Shown here: one piece after another, positions 51,101 through 62,900 of the stretch
Position numbering within the stretch: the first letter of the stretch is position 1
Layout: every line of letters starts with the position of its first letter
Assembly: GCF_037042905.1 (NCBI RefSeq)
Contig: NC_087250.1
Location: 10,232,001-10,296,000, forward strand
Origin: Lytechinus pictus
Taxonomy: Eukaryota
Length of the DNA: 64,000 bases
Reading direction: 5' to 3'
Made by a program: the position numbers and the translations under genes
Notes under the pieces: model-generated
Told to the model about the DNA's origin: nothing
The model's input: only the letters and a program-made list of their open reading frames with translations
Databases searched by the model: none

Positions 51101-51625
51101 CGTCAGTATGCTTCTCAGGAATTGTGCGAAAAAGAGTTAACGTCAATGGCCCGTATTAATATTCTGAAGTCGGGTTTAACTTAAACTCAGGTTTAAAGTT
51201 GTGGTTTAAGTATGGCAAGCCAAAAGTATCATTTTTTTATTAAGTTGTATGTTTCTTATGTTTACTGTGCTCTTTCCTGATTCATCGATGGTGAAGACAA
51301 TCATCTATTTATACTTTCTACACAATTATAAATGATTTGAGAGCCGAATGAGCTGAAGTTTGATATCTCTATACTGTTAGTAATTATGTAACAATTGGCT
51401 GTCCATACTTAAAACACAACTTTAAACCTGAGTTTAAGTTAAACCCGACTTCAGAATACGGGCCTATATGTTTCTGATAGATATCTTGATAAATATTTGA
51501 ATTTGTGATTTCTCGATTAGACCGAACGAAAGAGAAAGAAAAACTCTGAAAGATGATATGTAAAGCAAAAAATCGACCCGGGGACGAAATGTTTGAGTTA
51601 ACGTCACTATGCTTCTCAGGCGACG
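45180..51625. mobile_element. 6.4-kb TIR DNA element with a 4-bp TSD (Sola-like?) carrying a LINE and a MITE
   Basis: 29-bp TIR CGTCGCC[C/T]GAGAAGCATAGTGACGTTAAC (28/29) with flanks ATAA / ATTA. The host repeat ...TTCGC-ATTA-GTGGATTGG is restored on removal (compare ~54300 and ~26890). Confidence 0.8.
46267..49248 (-). CDS. LINE ORF2 (APE endonuclease + reverse transcriptase), CR1/L2 group, uninterrupted 993 aa
   Basis: APE motifs HFNARS, ISETW, GGGV, GDFN, DNIF and SDHLP. RT motifs YRPIS, QYGFR, DLSKAFD, GVPQGSILGP, YADD and FLG. The 3' UTR ends in AATAAA plus a (TTGAA)n tail at ~45986-46012. Confidence 0.95.
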   Translation of the reverse strand: MEPRSDPLEDVDPDLHVFNSSESSCFLPSEFNGKFPNNSTLSLIHFNARSLPKNFDNISQFLSMITHSFSFIAISETWINDNTLINFHIDDFNFLNVNRLSGRGGGVALFVKKNIQYTIRNDIVFNQEINSVCEYLFIDFLDKKHKMSNIGVIYRKPGSNYDLFLEFYDSVINKLCTEHRKIYITGDFNIDLFKDDDTVNEFLRLNSVLGIFPIIKTPTRITLNTATLIDNIFTNVLDSYFDSGSLCSDISDHLPIFLISKCSSANSHQPNTTRFTRKYSDDNIRNFQYDLYQEKWNSLYNITNVNDAYSFFITRFIQLFDKNFPLLKSKPTKRMFNKPWISKFLFRCIKKKNRYYKHFLQNNSLDNEMKYKRYRNKLNTMLKHAKKKYFSNKLKQYKDNTKQTWSVINSLLNKPKTSLPEFFFSGSEKVYDPEHIATEFNQHFINSSRRITTSIINSHSDTSYKDFLIDHIDKSFFLNPITENEVIQICNSLSRSNSMGFDHLSTNLLKKVIFYIVQPLVFIFNLSLSTGSVPDKLKIAKITTVFKKDDPHKFDNYRPISILPSISKLLEKCIYNRLYSFCLNNKILTDSQYGFRKNHSTAHALIELQDKVLTSIHTNKFCIGIFIDLSKAFDVVDHKILLFKLEHYGVRGLPLSWFKSYLSDRSQYVVFNNSSSDFSSITHGVPQGSILGPLLFLIYINDLIYSSNKFEYIMYADDTTLIYNQPYNLNIQNDINVELDKVTKWFKSNRLLINPSKTNYITFFHRQSCISNLLNDLLLEIDKVPIKKVNSVNFLGVYIDYNMQWDTHVKKVTQKVSKCVGILYRLKDSLPTSALLLLYNSFMLSYLNYCVVVWGNCSRTKLEKLFKLQKKALRICMGCHHQAHSAPLFRKIKSLNIYDLYYFSIALIGFFYFQNKLPLNIHKMFTLNHRIHNHNTRFKDSFHLWPVKTNNVMKCVRHNFPVIWNSTPRDVIESKSVRSFKKRLKQFLYLKYV

Positions 51626-51912
51626 ATTAGTGGATTGGTGGTACATTTATGCTCTTTATGAATTCCTAAAATTAACGGTCCTTAAAATGTCCCAGCTTGG
51701 GGCCAATATATACAGAATATTTCAGCTCGCGCTTCGCGCTCGCACTGTTTGTTTAGTGAGACAGGTACGTATCATGATAACAAAACTTTGCTTATAATGT
51801 CCCTTTTTTAGGTCTTAATTTAATTGATCAGTGAGATACATATCCCTTTAATGGCACAGTCGTTAAAATGTATCTATTAGTTCAGTATACCTTGCAATTG
51901 AGCGCCCACTAA

Positions 51913-53531
51913 GGCCCGAATTCACAAAGGTCGTTTTTAAGACCATCGGTTGAACCCATGGTTACGCATATTTCCTGTATAAATCACGCTTATTTACCGC
52001 GTATATTAAAAAAAAATGTCCAATGCTGATGCGCGCTTTTGTCACAGTGCGCGAAATTGACGCCTGTTGCCACGGTTAAGTACGCTATTTTATTCAGGAG
52101 CCCACTGTTTGAAGAATGGACTCATCAATTCACAGTGCACTCATGAATAAACTAGCGTGGATAACCACGGCAACGGGCGTCAATTTGGCGCACTGTGACA
52201 AAAGCGCGCATCAGCGTTGGACATTTTTTTAGGCCTATACGCGGTAAATAAGCGTAATTACACAGGAGATCTGCATAAACCATGGGTTCAACCAACGAAC
52301 GTAGAGGGCAGCAACACATAAGCGTGTTGCTCTAAGGAAGGTCAACTCCGCTCGAATTTTGTGACCACTTTAAAAAATAAGGTGGGGTTTTGGGAAATTT
52401 GTCGAGTTGATTTTTTTTCATTTGTTAATTTCAAATATTTTTTAATGAACAATTATTAGATCGGTTATTCTGGGTATAAATATTAAAAATATTATTTTTA
52501 TTTTTAAATAAAATATTTAGCTTAAATAATCATGATTTTGACATTTTTCCTTATTTTGGAATATTAAGCCTGTGACGAGGATACCTCATATCTCTTATTT
52601 TCTTCTGCTGAATTTCGCTGCACCACTAATAAATGCATAGACAACCACCGTAATAATCGAGGTCATTTTTCTGGCCTGGGTGCGCCGAGTCTGGGCCGGT
52701 CGCGCAGCTAGCTAGTGACGTTGATGATGCGCTGGGGCTTCAGGCGACTCGATCGTCATAGATCTAGCAACTTAGACAATGACGTCTAATTTGCCTAGCC
52801 TGATTTGAAGTGTAATGGCTTCAGGGCTGATGTTTATCAACGATGATTGTTCAAGGTTAGATTTCAAATTTTAAATGTCATTTGACTTTTAAGTCTATAA
52901 ATCTGAAATAAAGGCGCTGTATCCCCGAAATCCGGGTCTAAATTTCAACTCTGAGTCCGAGACCATGGCATGGACGGCGAAAAAACAACCCATGCATCGG
53001 ATGCATTGCATTGGCTGCGCGCTGCGCTGCAGCTGCACTGTGATGATGGGTTCAGCGAAGAGCTCAGAGAAAATAAGGTGGTTATATTCAATCCCGAAAT
53101 GCTTTGCGAGTGGTCACAAAATCGTCTCGACGCAAATCACCTAATACAGCCGTCTGGTGAAATCGCTGATAACAACAATCACCGATTTGCATCATTTGGT
53201 AATGATTTTAGTTTCCTGAAACTTATATTTGTAAAGTTTTAAATATCAAAGTATGTTTTTATATGTATGTATATTCCTCAACATATTTTTTAAGTTATCT
53301 TTGATATTGTTGTAGTCATATTCTTTCATATTCGTTTTTTGATCGCTACTAATTTGTTGTTGTATTTGATCGGCATTTGATTTCGTTGGCATGAACAATA
53401 AAATACGCGCGCAGCTCAGCTGCATGCGCGTATCGAGTTGACCTTCCTTATAGCAACACGCTTGTGTGTTGCTGCCCTCTACGTTCGTTGGGTTCAACCG
53501 ATGGTTTTAAAAACCTTTGTGAATTCGTTCC
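51913..53531. mobile_element. Palindromic Harbinger-type MITE split by a 1.2-kb insertion
   Basis: Ends GGCCCGAATTCACAAAGG / CCTTTGTGAATTCGTTCC. Segment 51950-52290 is an internal inverted repeat. Confidence 0.75.
52293..53490. mobile_element. Non-autonomous element with 56-bp TIRs, CA..TG ends and an 8-bp TSD (P-element-like)
   Basis: TIRs 52293-52348 and 53435-53490 match at 54/56, with a perfect TSD GGTTCAAC. Confidence 0.85.
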
Positions 53532-53775
53532 TACATTTAGTGACCCGAAAATTTTGCTGGTGCCCCCCCCCCCCCCTCCATTGCCGTGTCTGGAAATACA
53601 CACTGTATTATAATATCATATCCTGACGATTCACGTTCGATCATTGCTGAAGGAGGAGGATAAAGAGAATTAGAAGATGACGACGGTGAAACTAGATGCT
53701 ACACTTGTGGACAGAGCACCGGGAGGAGCAGGGGGGGGGGTGGTTGCTACCCCACCCCCTATAAATGGAAGGACA

Positions 53776-53834
<59 letters not shown>

Positions 53835-53837
<3 letters not shown>

Positions 53838-55137
53838 TGGCGTAACTACGGGGGGCATGGGGGGGCACGTGCCCCCCCCAATCGGCTGGGAAAAAAAAAA
53901 AAAAAAAAAAAAAAAACGGGGAAAAGGAGAAAAAGAGGGAGAAAGGAAGAGAAACGTAGTGGGAAAGAAGACATTATTGTTCATTAAACTGTTATATTAT
54001 ATCATAATTATGTTATGTTATATTACATAAGAATTTTTTTTTCATAACTTTATGAAACATGATTTGATCAGGGTCTATGTCTTCATTGTTCCTGGTGCTC
54101 GCATTGTCTGTTTACCGAGATATATAATCCTGTTATACTAAAACCTCCCGTTTTCAAGTCAATATACACCAAACTGCCAAATATATTTCCTCGCACTTCG
54201 AGTTATTATTGTTTTATGTACAATAGTATGCTTCTTTATCATGACTACTAAAAGTGATTGCCCCATTTTAAATATATAAAAAATTTCCTGTCCGTGCTTA
54301 CGTTCGCAGTAGTGGATTGGTGAAATATGTCTGCTCTCCATGAATTCCTAGAATCAGTCCTTAGAATGTCCCTTTTTCTAATCTGAATATCAACAAATAT
54401 CAGCTCGCGCTACGCGCTCGCATCATTTGGTTAGTAAACTACGCATGGTCTTTGTGAATTCCTACAAAGAAACCTTAGAATGCCCCACGTCAGGTCTGAA
54501 TTATCTAAATTTTCAGCTCGCGCTTCGCGCTCGCAATATTTGATTAGTGAGATGCGCATGATAATCATGATTGCAATGACTACAAAAAGTTTTTCATGTG
54601 TTCAGATGTAATTCTAATAAAATCAGCAAGCGCTTGGCACTCGCATCAGATGACTATGGTGAGATATGCATATTCTTAATGGATTTCTAAAATATATTCC
54701 TTATTTGATAAGTGAAATACATATCTGTTTAATGACATTGTCCTTAAAATGCCGTGACCCACGGTACGTCACTGCGGACATATCAATGACAATTACTTGC
54801 ATATCTAAAAACATGATTGCAAAAAAAATGTCAAAATATTTCAGTCATCCCCCCCCCCCCTCCCATCAACACGGATTTACGCCAGTGGTACGTATCATGA
54901 TTAAAAAAGATTGATTACAATGTCCCTTTTTAGGTCTGAATATCAAAAATTTTAAGCTCACGCTTCGCGCTCGCATTATTTGACCAGTGAGAGACGTATC
55001 CGTTTAATGGCACTGTCCTTGAAATGTCTCTATTAGGTCAGTATACCTGGCAACTGGGCGCGCTTCGCGCGCCGACTAAGTGACTCAAAAGTTTTTGCTG
55101 GTGCCCCCCCAATGCCGTGACCCACGGTACGCCACTG
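53835..55137. mobile_element. hAT-type element (family of 25865-27362) inserted in a (TA)n microsatellite
   Basis: CAGTGGCGTA...TACGCCACTG ends with (TA)n on both sides. Confidence 0.88.
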
Positions 55138-55345
55138 TATATATATATATATATATATCACATTTGTATACTTTCTCACATACGTGTACTGTATCAAAGC
55201 AATAGCTTTGATCCAGCTGAGGCATGGCGGCTTGTCATTGTTCAAAACCCACCTACACCCGACAAAGGAAATTATAATTGGTATAGTGTCGAAAATCTGT
55301 CTATCTGACGGTCAATCGGATCGGGGTTGCCCTAGCCACTAACCC

Positions 55346-55417
55346 GTCTCTGTGGTCTAGTGGTTAAGACACCGGCGTTCAAAGCTGGATGCCCGGGTTC
55401 GATTCCCGGCAGTGACA
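55346..55417 (+). tRNA. tRNA-like gene or pseudogene with anticodon TCA (opal-suppressor type, short variable loop)
   Basis: 72-nt cloverleaf: acceptor GTCTCTG/CAGTGAC (one T-T mismatch), D stem GTCT/AGAC, anticodon stem CCGGC/GCTGG with loop GT-TCA-AA, T stem CCGGG/CCCGG with loop TTCGATT. It is followed directly by TTTTTT. Confidence 0.6.
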
Positions 55418-55569
55418 TTTTTTCGGCATTACCAATTTTTCCAAAGGGCAGATAGCTCCGGGGAACCTTGATTTAATTAGCTACACCTACCATTGTTCTC
55501 TTCATCCATTTCTTTCCCAAAATATTTATATAAAAGAGTTGCCAAAGCTGCTGCACATGTATAATATAT

Positions 55570-55799
55570 AGCAAAATACAAGGTGAATAAAACAACCGTA
55601 GAGAGAAAAATTAGATCAAATTTTCGCCCAGAGGGGTTCATCAGTCATCAGGAAATGATGAATTTATTAGTCAACAGCATCAAGAAACGCACTTGATGCT
55701 GTTGACTAATAAATTCATCATTTCCTGATGAAGCCCAATGGGCGAAAATTTGATCTAATTTTTCTCTCTACGGTTGTTTTCTTCACTTTTTATTTTGCT
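55570..55799. repeat. Long inverted repeat (~110-bp arms, 7-nt loop) with hammerhead-like cores; Penelope-like inverted end
   Basis: A perfect 40-bp inner stem (55645-55684 / 55692-55731). CTGATGA-A-GCCC-AAT-GGGC-GAAA lies at 55725-55747, with a variant on the opposite strand in the other arm. Confidence 0.7.
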
Positions 55800-56911
55800 T
55801 TATACTACCACAACCGACGCAGGACCTTCATTTTTATTATATATATATATATATATTGAAGGGGAAATTTACCCTGCCAATAAGTTGGCTTGAATAAAAG
55901 CTGAAAATTACAACAACAAAAACGGTAGAAAAAGAAGAAGATAATGATGAAGAAGAAGAAGAAGGAGGAGGAGGAGAAGTTGAAGAACCTTCTTGTTAAT
56001 TTTCTTCCTCATTGAAGATCATAGCGAAGTTGGCTCAGGTCGTATAAGAGTAGGAGGAAGCTCTAGTACTGCTGGGCGTATTTCGCGAAGTATAGGGCTT
56101 CTCACTTCTTATGCAATATGTTTTTGTTTTTCAAAATCAAACTTTAAATAATAAAGGTACCATATTTTATGTAAGTATCACACAACACGGCAACTTTGAA
56201 AAGCGCTTGAAAATTGGGTCATTTAAAAGTAAAAGGAAAGAATAAAACAAGCGTACGTGATTCACATATTTTCATTTTTAGAGTCCTATTATTCGAATGT
56301 AAGGGGACGTCTTATGATAAAATTGTGTGAATCGATGAAATAACACAAAAAATAGACAATAAAAACGATATCTCGGGTTACCCCCCCCCCACACACACAC
56401 ACACACACGCACCCTCTCTCCCTCACACACACACACACACACACACACGAGGTAAAGGCGAAATTTGATAATATTGAGATTGTCAATGCATGATCCGTGA
56501 AAAGTGCGGGTTCGCTCCCGAATTCTTTAAATTCACCTTTTTCCTGTAATTTAGGGAAGCACTTTTCCAATGCAGATTCTTAAGAAATAGACCCAGTCTC
56601 TCCGTCCACTTTTTGATGAATTCTTGGACACGCCCTGCACTGCAAAAACTCTGGTGCTGATTTAACACCAGAGAAAAGTGTTAAACAACACTGCAGTTTC
56701 GTTTTGGTCTAACACCAGATAAGTGATTATACAACACCAATTAGTATAAAAACAGCATCGGTTTGATTCCAAACTGGTGTTATTTCAATACTTCTCTGGT
56801 GTGGACATAATATAGATTCCGGGCTGGTGTTAAATCAACACCGGAGTTTTTGCAGTGCGATGCTCTAACGAACTATTCCTCGACCCTTCGGCAATGCAGA
56901 TCTCATTTCTC

Positions 56912-59900
56912 TTATACTTCATGGACAATTTTGGTCAAATGACCTATCATTTCTTTCATTATGATAGGCAGATTTCAAAGCAAGATATTACGTAAGCATG
57001 TCTTGCATAGCAGGATGAAGAAATTGAAAAGACCAGGTGACTAGAATAGTACACCAATGAACACTTTATGAAGGTATTTGTTGCATTCCTACTTTGAATG
57101 CATATCATAGCATGTTGCACAATGTACTTGGCAAACTGTAAATACCAATCGTTCGTGGACGCATTGTTGTTTTTGGATGTAAATGAAAAACACAATTCAA
57201 AAGACTATATGAATAATCAAGACATCGAAGTTGGTGCTTATCTCATTAGATTTTAAACCACCATGTCATTTTAGTACAAATGACCTTCCTCTGATCATGT
57301 GCAGAATCTTTTGATCATGCGCAGAGTGGAACTACGAACTTGCTTATACAGATCTCGGCTCCGTCTTACAAAGAGTTATGATTGATCCAATCAATCGCAA
57401 CTATGGAAAGCCAGCAAAGTCAACATGTAAAATGCATGTTTGCTCAAGATTTTTTCTAGGTATTAATGTATATCCATAAAGTCATTGATCTCTTGACAGT
57501 TCGATGTGTTCTCCTTTGTTTGCAAAGGACATTTTGCACATTTCCTGTAGAAAAAATTATGACACTGATGGATTACCTTATATAGAGTTATGATTGATTG
57601 GATCAATCGTAACTCTTTGTAAGACGGGGCCCTCATTTCTCTTAATTCCACACTCTCCATGCCCCGCAGGGCGTCACAGGGTTGCTCATTAATACGACTT
57701 TGCAAGCTGTCGACGTAGGTTGCGTAGGCACAGATTAATTAGGCCATTAATTAGCAATCACCTCGCAGACGCGTTCTATAACGTAGATAATCTTTTTGTC
57801 AAAAGCCCTTCATATAACAAAGCAGCCTTCGTCGAAATCGGTGAATCAAAACATTGGTTCGTTTGGTTCGTTTTTTTTTCCTTTTGTTAATTGTTCCTGT
57901 CTTTTGTTTTGTTTGTTTGTTTGTTTGTTTGCTTTTTTCTTTCTCTCTCCTTTATGTCTATGGTGTTTTTTCTGTCTATTTCTCCTGTTTGTTGTTGTTG
58001 GTGTGTTAGTTTGTTCAGCTTTGGGGTCTGATAGGGGGGGGGGCTCATGGGACGGGAAAATGCTTATATACATTCATTCTTTCAATTTGCGTAGTTGTTA
58101 CGTCTTTGTTTTATTATTTGCTTTAGCTGCATACATTAGATGTTGAAATGTTATTTTTGTATGATTTCGGATTATCTCTCTGTTCTGATACAATTTGCCT
58201 GCTATGTTTATTACACTGTTATTTAATTTGCGTATTGCACTGCTGCAATTATCATTTTGTTTTATGTTTTCTTGATTATGTATGTATGAAATTTATTTGA
58301 ATGAATAATAAAGATCACTACAAAACAAAAAAAAAGCTGTGTCGTCCTTGACCATGTTGACTCTGGACAAATGATATCTTTGCATTTTTTTGTCTCGCCC
58401 GAATCTTAAGACGATGTTCTGTCCGGTCCACGAGCTTTCGACAATGACCCTCTAATCTGTCCATGTGATTTGGTGGGCATTTTCAATAGATTCTGAACGT
58501 TGCAGAAATTGTATGCGAAGTTATTATGCTGCGTCCTTTGAACTGGTTTCATAAGTAGGCCTATTTTTTTCATAATGCGTAATGCGTGGTACGGTATATT
58601 TCACATAACGAAAACCAACCCAAATTTAAGTTCTAAGAGAAAAATACCAGTTCAATATTTAGAACACGTTTAGTTAAAAGATTATAAGTAATTAGGTTGT
58701 ATAGTGTTAAGTGCAACGAAAATATTTTAATAGGCGCTACATAAATCATATTATGAGGGAGTGTGAACAAAATCAAAGAAATAATAAAGTGAATGACTTT
58801 ATGTGCTTAGTCATACCATGGTCATACTAGGGAACCTCCATCATCTGAGCTTTACAATGCGTCCTTCAAAAAAGGAAACCTGTTACATTTTCCCCCTCTT
58901 TATACACTGTTAGAAAATTTATCCTTGAAATAAAAGAAGTTCCTGCAGCAAAGTCTCGAGAACACCTGTAATCTTACCAGATCATGTAAAATTACAGGAT
59001 ATATTACTTTTCACAAAAGGGCATATGGCGGCCATGTTGAATGTCGAAATATGGCATTTATCATCTAAATTTTAGATGATATGATATATTTCGTTAGTAA
59101 TCATGTTTTCAGACAATATTTCACTCATCCAACACCATTTGGTCAAGCAAAGCCAAAATCTGTTAAAATCATTTGTTCCCATATACATTGTACATAATAC
59201 TGTTGGGGCCTGTAAAGGCCATTTTGACTTTCAAAATACAGTATTTATCACCTACCTGGCAGAAGAACTGATATATCTTGTTAGAAATTATGCTTTCAGA
59301 CAATATTTTACTCATAGATCACAATTACGTGCATTTATGGTGCTCACTCGTGTGAAAATTTATTTTCTAGTTCGCATTGTACATAATACAATCAATGTCT
59401 ATGGCGGCCATTTTGAAAGTCAAAATACAGTATTAAACACAAACTTTAAACCTGAAAGATATATATTTCGTTAAAAATTATGTTTTTTAGACAGTATCCC
59501 ATTTATTCATCACAAATAAATGCATTTCAGTGTTCACTCTTGTGATTTCTTTGGTCCTCTTTCTCATTGTACAAAATACTGTTAGGGCCTCTGACGGCCA
59601 TTTTGAATATCAAAATACAGCATTTATCACATACATGAAATATTAGACATTATATCCTACATAGATTGAATCCTGTATAGTGATTGGTTCAAGTAGCATC
59701 ATGTGACCGAATATATTTCAACTATGATGTTGCGTGACGTCAGACCTCGACATATTTTTGGATATACCAATATTCTGACGTCATTATTTCACAAAACTGG
59801 ATATCTCGGCGCACCGGCTTGCGCGCTCTCTCTCTCCCGGGCGCGCAAGTCCAGCGCGATGCGTCAGCGCAGACACTAATCTGCGTTCCGCTGGGCGCGG

Positions 59901-62900
59901 TGGCTCGGAGAAAAGTAGGTAATTCAACAGGACTTTGCATACTCAGCGCATAGATTTTGATTTTGGTTATAAATTATTAAAAGTAGGATATAAAGCAAAT
60001 ATATCAGGCGTTTCATTCGAAAGCATAGTGGGAATTATTAATCCTCGGTTGGACTGGCAAAACTACTATATTTCCCTCGGGGCTTCGCCCCTCGGGAAAA
60101 AATAGTAATTGCCAGACCAACCTCGGATAAATAATTCCACTATACTTTCTCAAAGCCCGATATATTTGTTTAATATATTTCCTTAGCAATTGTGTTTTTA
60201 GTCAGTATTCCACTCGTTTCTCTTAATTATATGCATTTTAGTGCTCACTTTTGCGATTTTTGTTGGCCCCTTTGCCATAGAAAATAATACTATTTGGGCC
60301 AGTGGCAGCTATTTTGAATATTAAATACAACAAATTTCCCATACATGACATAATACATGATATATCATGTTAGCATTGATGATTCATATATTACTTTGTC
60401 CATAGATCACAATTACTTGCAGTTTAGTGATCATTTTTTTGAAAAATTATTTTTCCCTATTCATATTGTACATAATAGGGCATACAGAGGTTTGTGGCGG
60501 CCATTTTGAATATCAAGATATAAATATTTTGTCCAAAAATGTTTTTTTCAGAGAGTATTTCACTCCTGCAACACAATTACATACATTTTATAGCAAATTT
60601 GCTGGCAATTTTATGATTTTCATGGGTAATATGCATATTTTGGCGGCCATATTGGATTTTGCCAATTTGCGGAAAATGCTCAAGGTTACACGAGTGGCAT
60701 CATTCATATTCGTAATCAGCACCCTCGAATTGACAAGAAACCATAAAAAAATATTGTATATATGAAGAAACAAGGTTATGCCATTCTATCCTGGACTAAT
60801 AGACCGGTTCGTATAGTTATACTTCATGGACAATTTTGGTCAAATGACCTATCATTTCTTTCATTATGATAGGCAGATTTCAAAGCAAGATATTACGTAA
60901 GCATGCCTTGCATAGCAGGATGAAGAAATTGAATAGAGGTGACTAGAATAGTACACCAATGAACACTTTATGAAGGTATTTGTTGCATTCCTACCTTGAA
61001 TGCATATCATAGCATGTTGCACAATGTACTTGGCAAACTGTGAAATATACCAGTCGTTCGTGGACGCATTGTTGTTGTTTTTGGATGTAAATGAAAAACA
61101 CAATTCAAAAGACTATATGAATAATCAAGACATCGAAGTTGGTGCTTATCTCATTAGATTTTAAACCACCATGTCATTTTAGTACAAATGACCTTCCTCT
61201 GATCATGTGCAGAATCTTTTGATCATGCGCAGAGTGGAACTACGAACTTGCTTATACAGATCTCGGCCCCGTCTTACAAAGAGTTATGATTGATCCAATC
61301 AATCGCAACTATGGAAAGCCAGCAAAGTCAACATATAAAATGCATGTTTGCTCACGATTTCTTCTAGGTATTAATGTATATCCATAAATTCATTGATTTC
61401 TTGACAGTTCGGTGTGTTCTCCTTTGTTTGCAAAGGACATTTTGCACATTTCCTGTAGAAAAAATTATGACACTGATGGATTTCCTTATATAGAGTTATG
61501 ATTGATTGGATCAATCGTAACTCTTTGTAAGACGGGGCCCTCATTTCTCTTAATTCCACACTCTCCATGCCCCGCAGGACGTCACAGGGTTGCTCATTAA
61601 TACGACTTTGCAAGCTGTCGACGTAGGTTGCGTAGGCACAGATTAATTAGGCCATTAATTAGCAATCACCTCGCAGACGCGTTCTATCACGCAGATAATC
61701 TTTTTGTCAAAAGCCCTTCATATAACAAAGCAGCCTTCGTCGAAATCGGTGAATCAAAACATTGGTTCGTTTGGTTCGTTTTTTTTCTCCTTTTGTTAAT
61801 TGTTCCTGTCTTTTGTTTTGTTTTGTTTTGTTTTGTTTTGTTTTGTTTCCTTTTGTTAATTGTTCCTGTCTTTTGTTTTGTTTATTTGTTTGTTTGTTTG
61901 CTTTTTATTTCTCTATCCTTTATGTCTATGTTTTTTTTTGGTCTATTTCTCCTGTTAGTTGTTGTTGGTGTGTTAGTTTGTTCAGCTTTGGGGTCTGATA
62001 GGGGGGGGGGGCTCATGGGACGGGAAAATGCTTATATACATTCATTCTTTCAATTTGCGTAGTTGTTACGTCTTTGTTTTATTATTTGCTTTAGCTGCAT
62101 ACATTAGTTGTTGAAATGTTATTTTTGTATGATTTCGGATTATGTCACTGTTCTGATACAATTTGCCTGCTATGTTTATTACACTGTTATTTAATTTGTG
62201 TATTGCACTGCTGCAATTATCATTTTGTTTTATGTTTTCTTGATTATGTATGTATGAAATTTATTTGAATGAATAATAAAGATCACTACAAAACAAAAAA
62301 AAAAGCAGTGTCGTCCTTGACCATGTTGACTCTGGACAAATGATATATTTGCATTTTTTTGTCTCGCCCGAATCTTAAGACGATGTTCTGTCCGGTCCAC
62401 GAGCTTTCGACAATGACCCTCTAATCTGTCCATGTAATTTGATGGGCATTTTCAATAGATTCTGAACGTTGCAGAAATTGTATGCGAAGTTTTTTAATGC
62501 TGCGTCCTTTGAACTGGTTTCATAAGTAGGCCTATTTTTTTCATAATGCGTAATGCGTGGTACGGTATATTTCACATAACGGAAACCAACCCAAATCTAA
62601 CTTCTAAGTGAAAAATACCAGTTCAATATTTAGAACACGTTTAGTTAGATGATTATAAGTAATTGGGTTGTATAGTGTTAAGTGCAACGAAAATATTTTA
62701 ATAGGCGCTATATAAATCATATTATGAGGGAGTGTGAACAAAATCAGAGAAATAATAAAGTTTATGACTTTGTGTGCTTATAGTCATACTAGGGAACCTC
62801 CATCATCTGAGCTTTACAATGTGTCCTTCAAAAAAGAAAACCTGTTCCATTTTTCCCCTCTTTATACACTGTTAGAAAATTTATCCTCAAAATAAAAGAA

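Noticed and set aside
55346..55417. tRNA-Sec or tRNA-Glu(TTC) assignment
   Set aside because: It lacks the long variable arm of tRNA-Sec, and the stem register places TCA, not TTC, at the anticodon.
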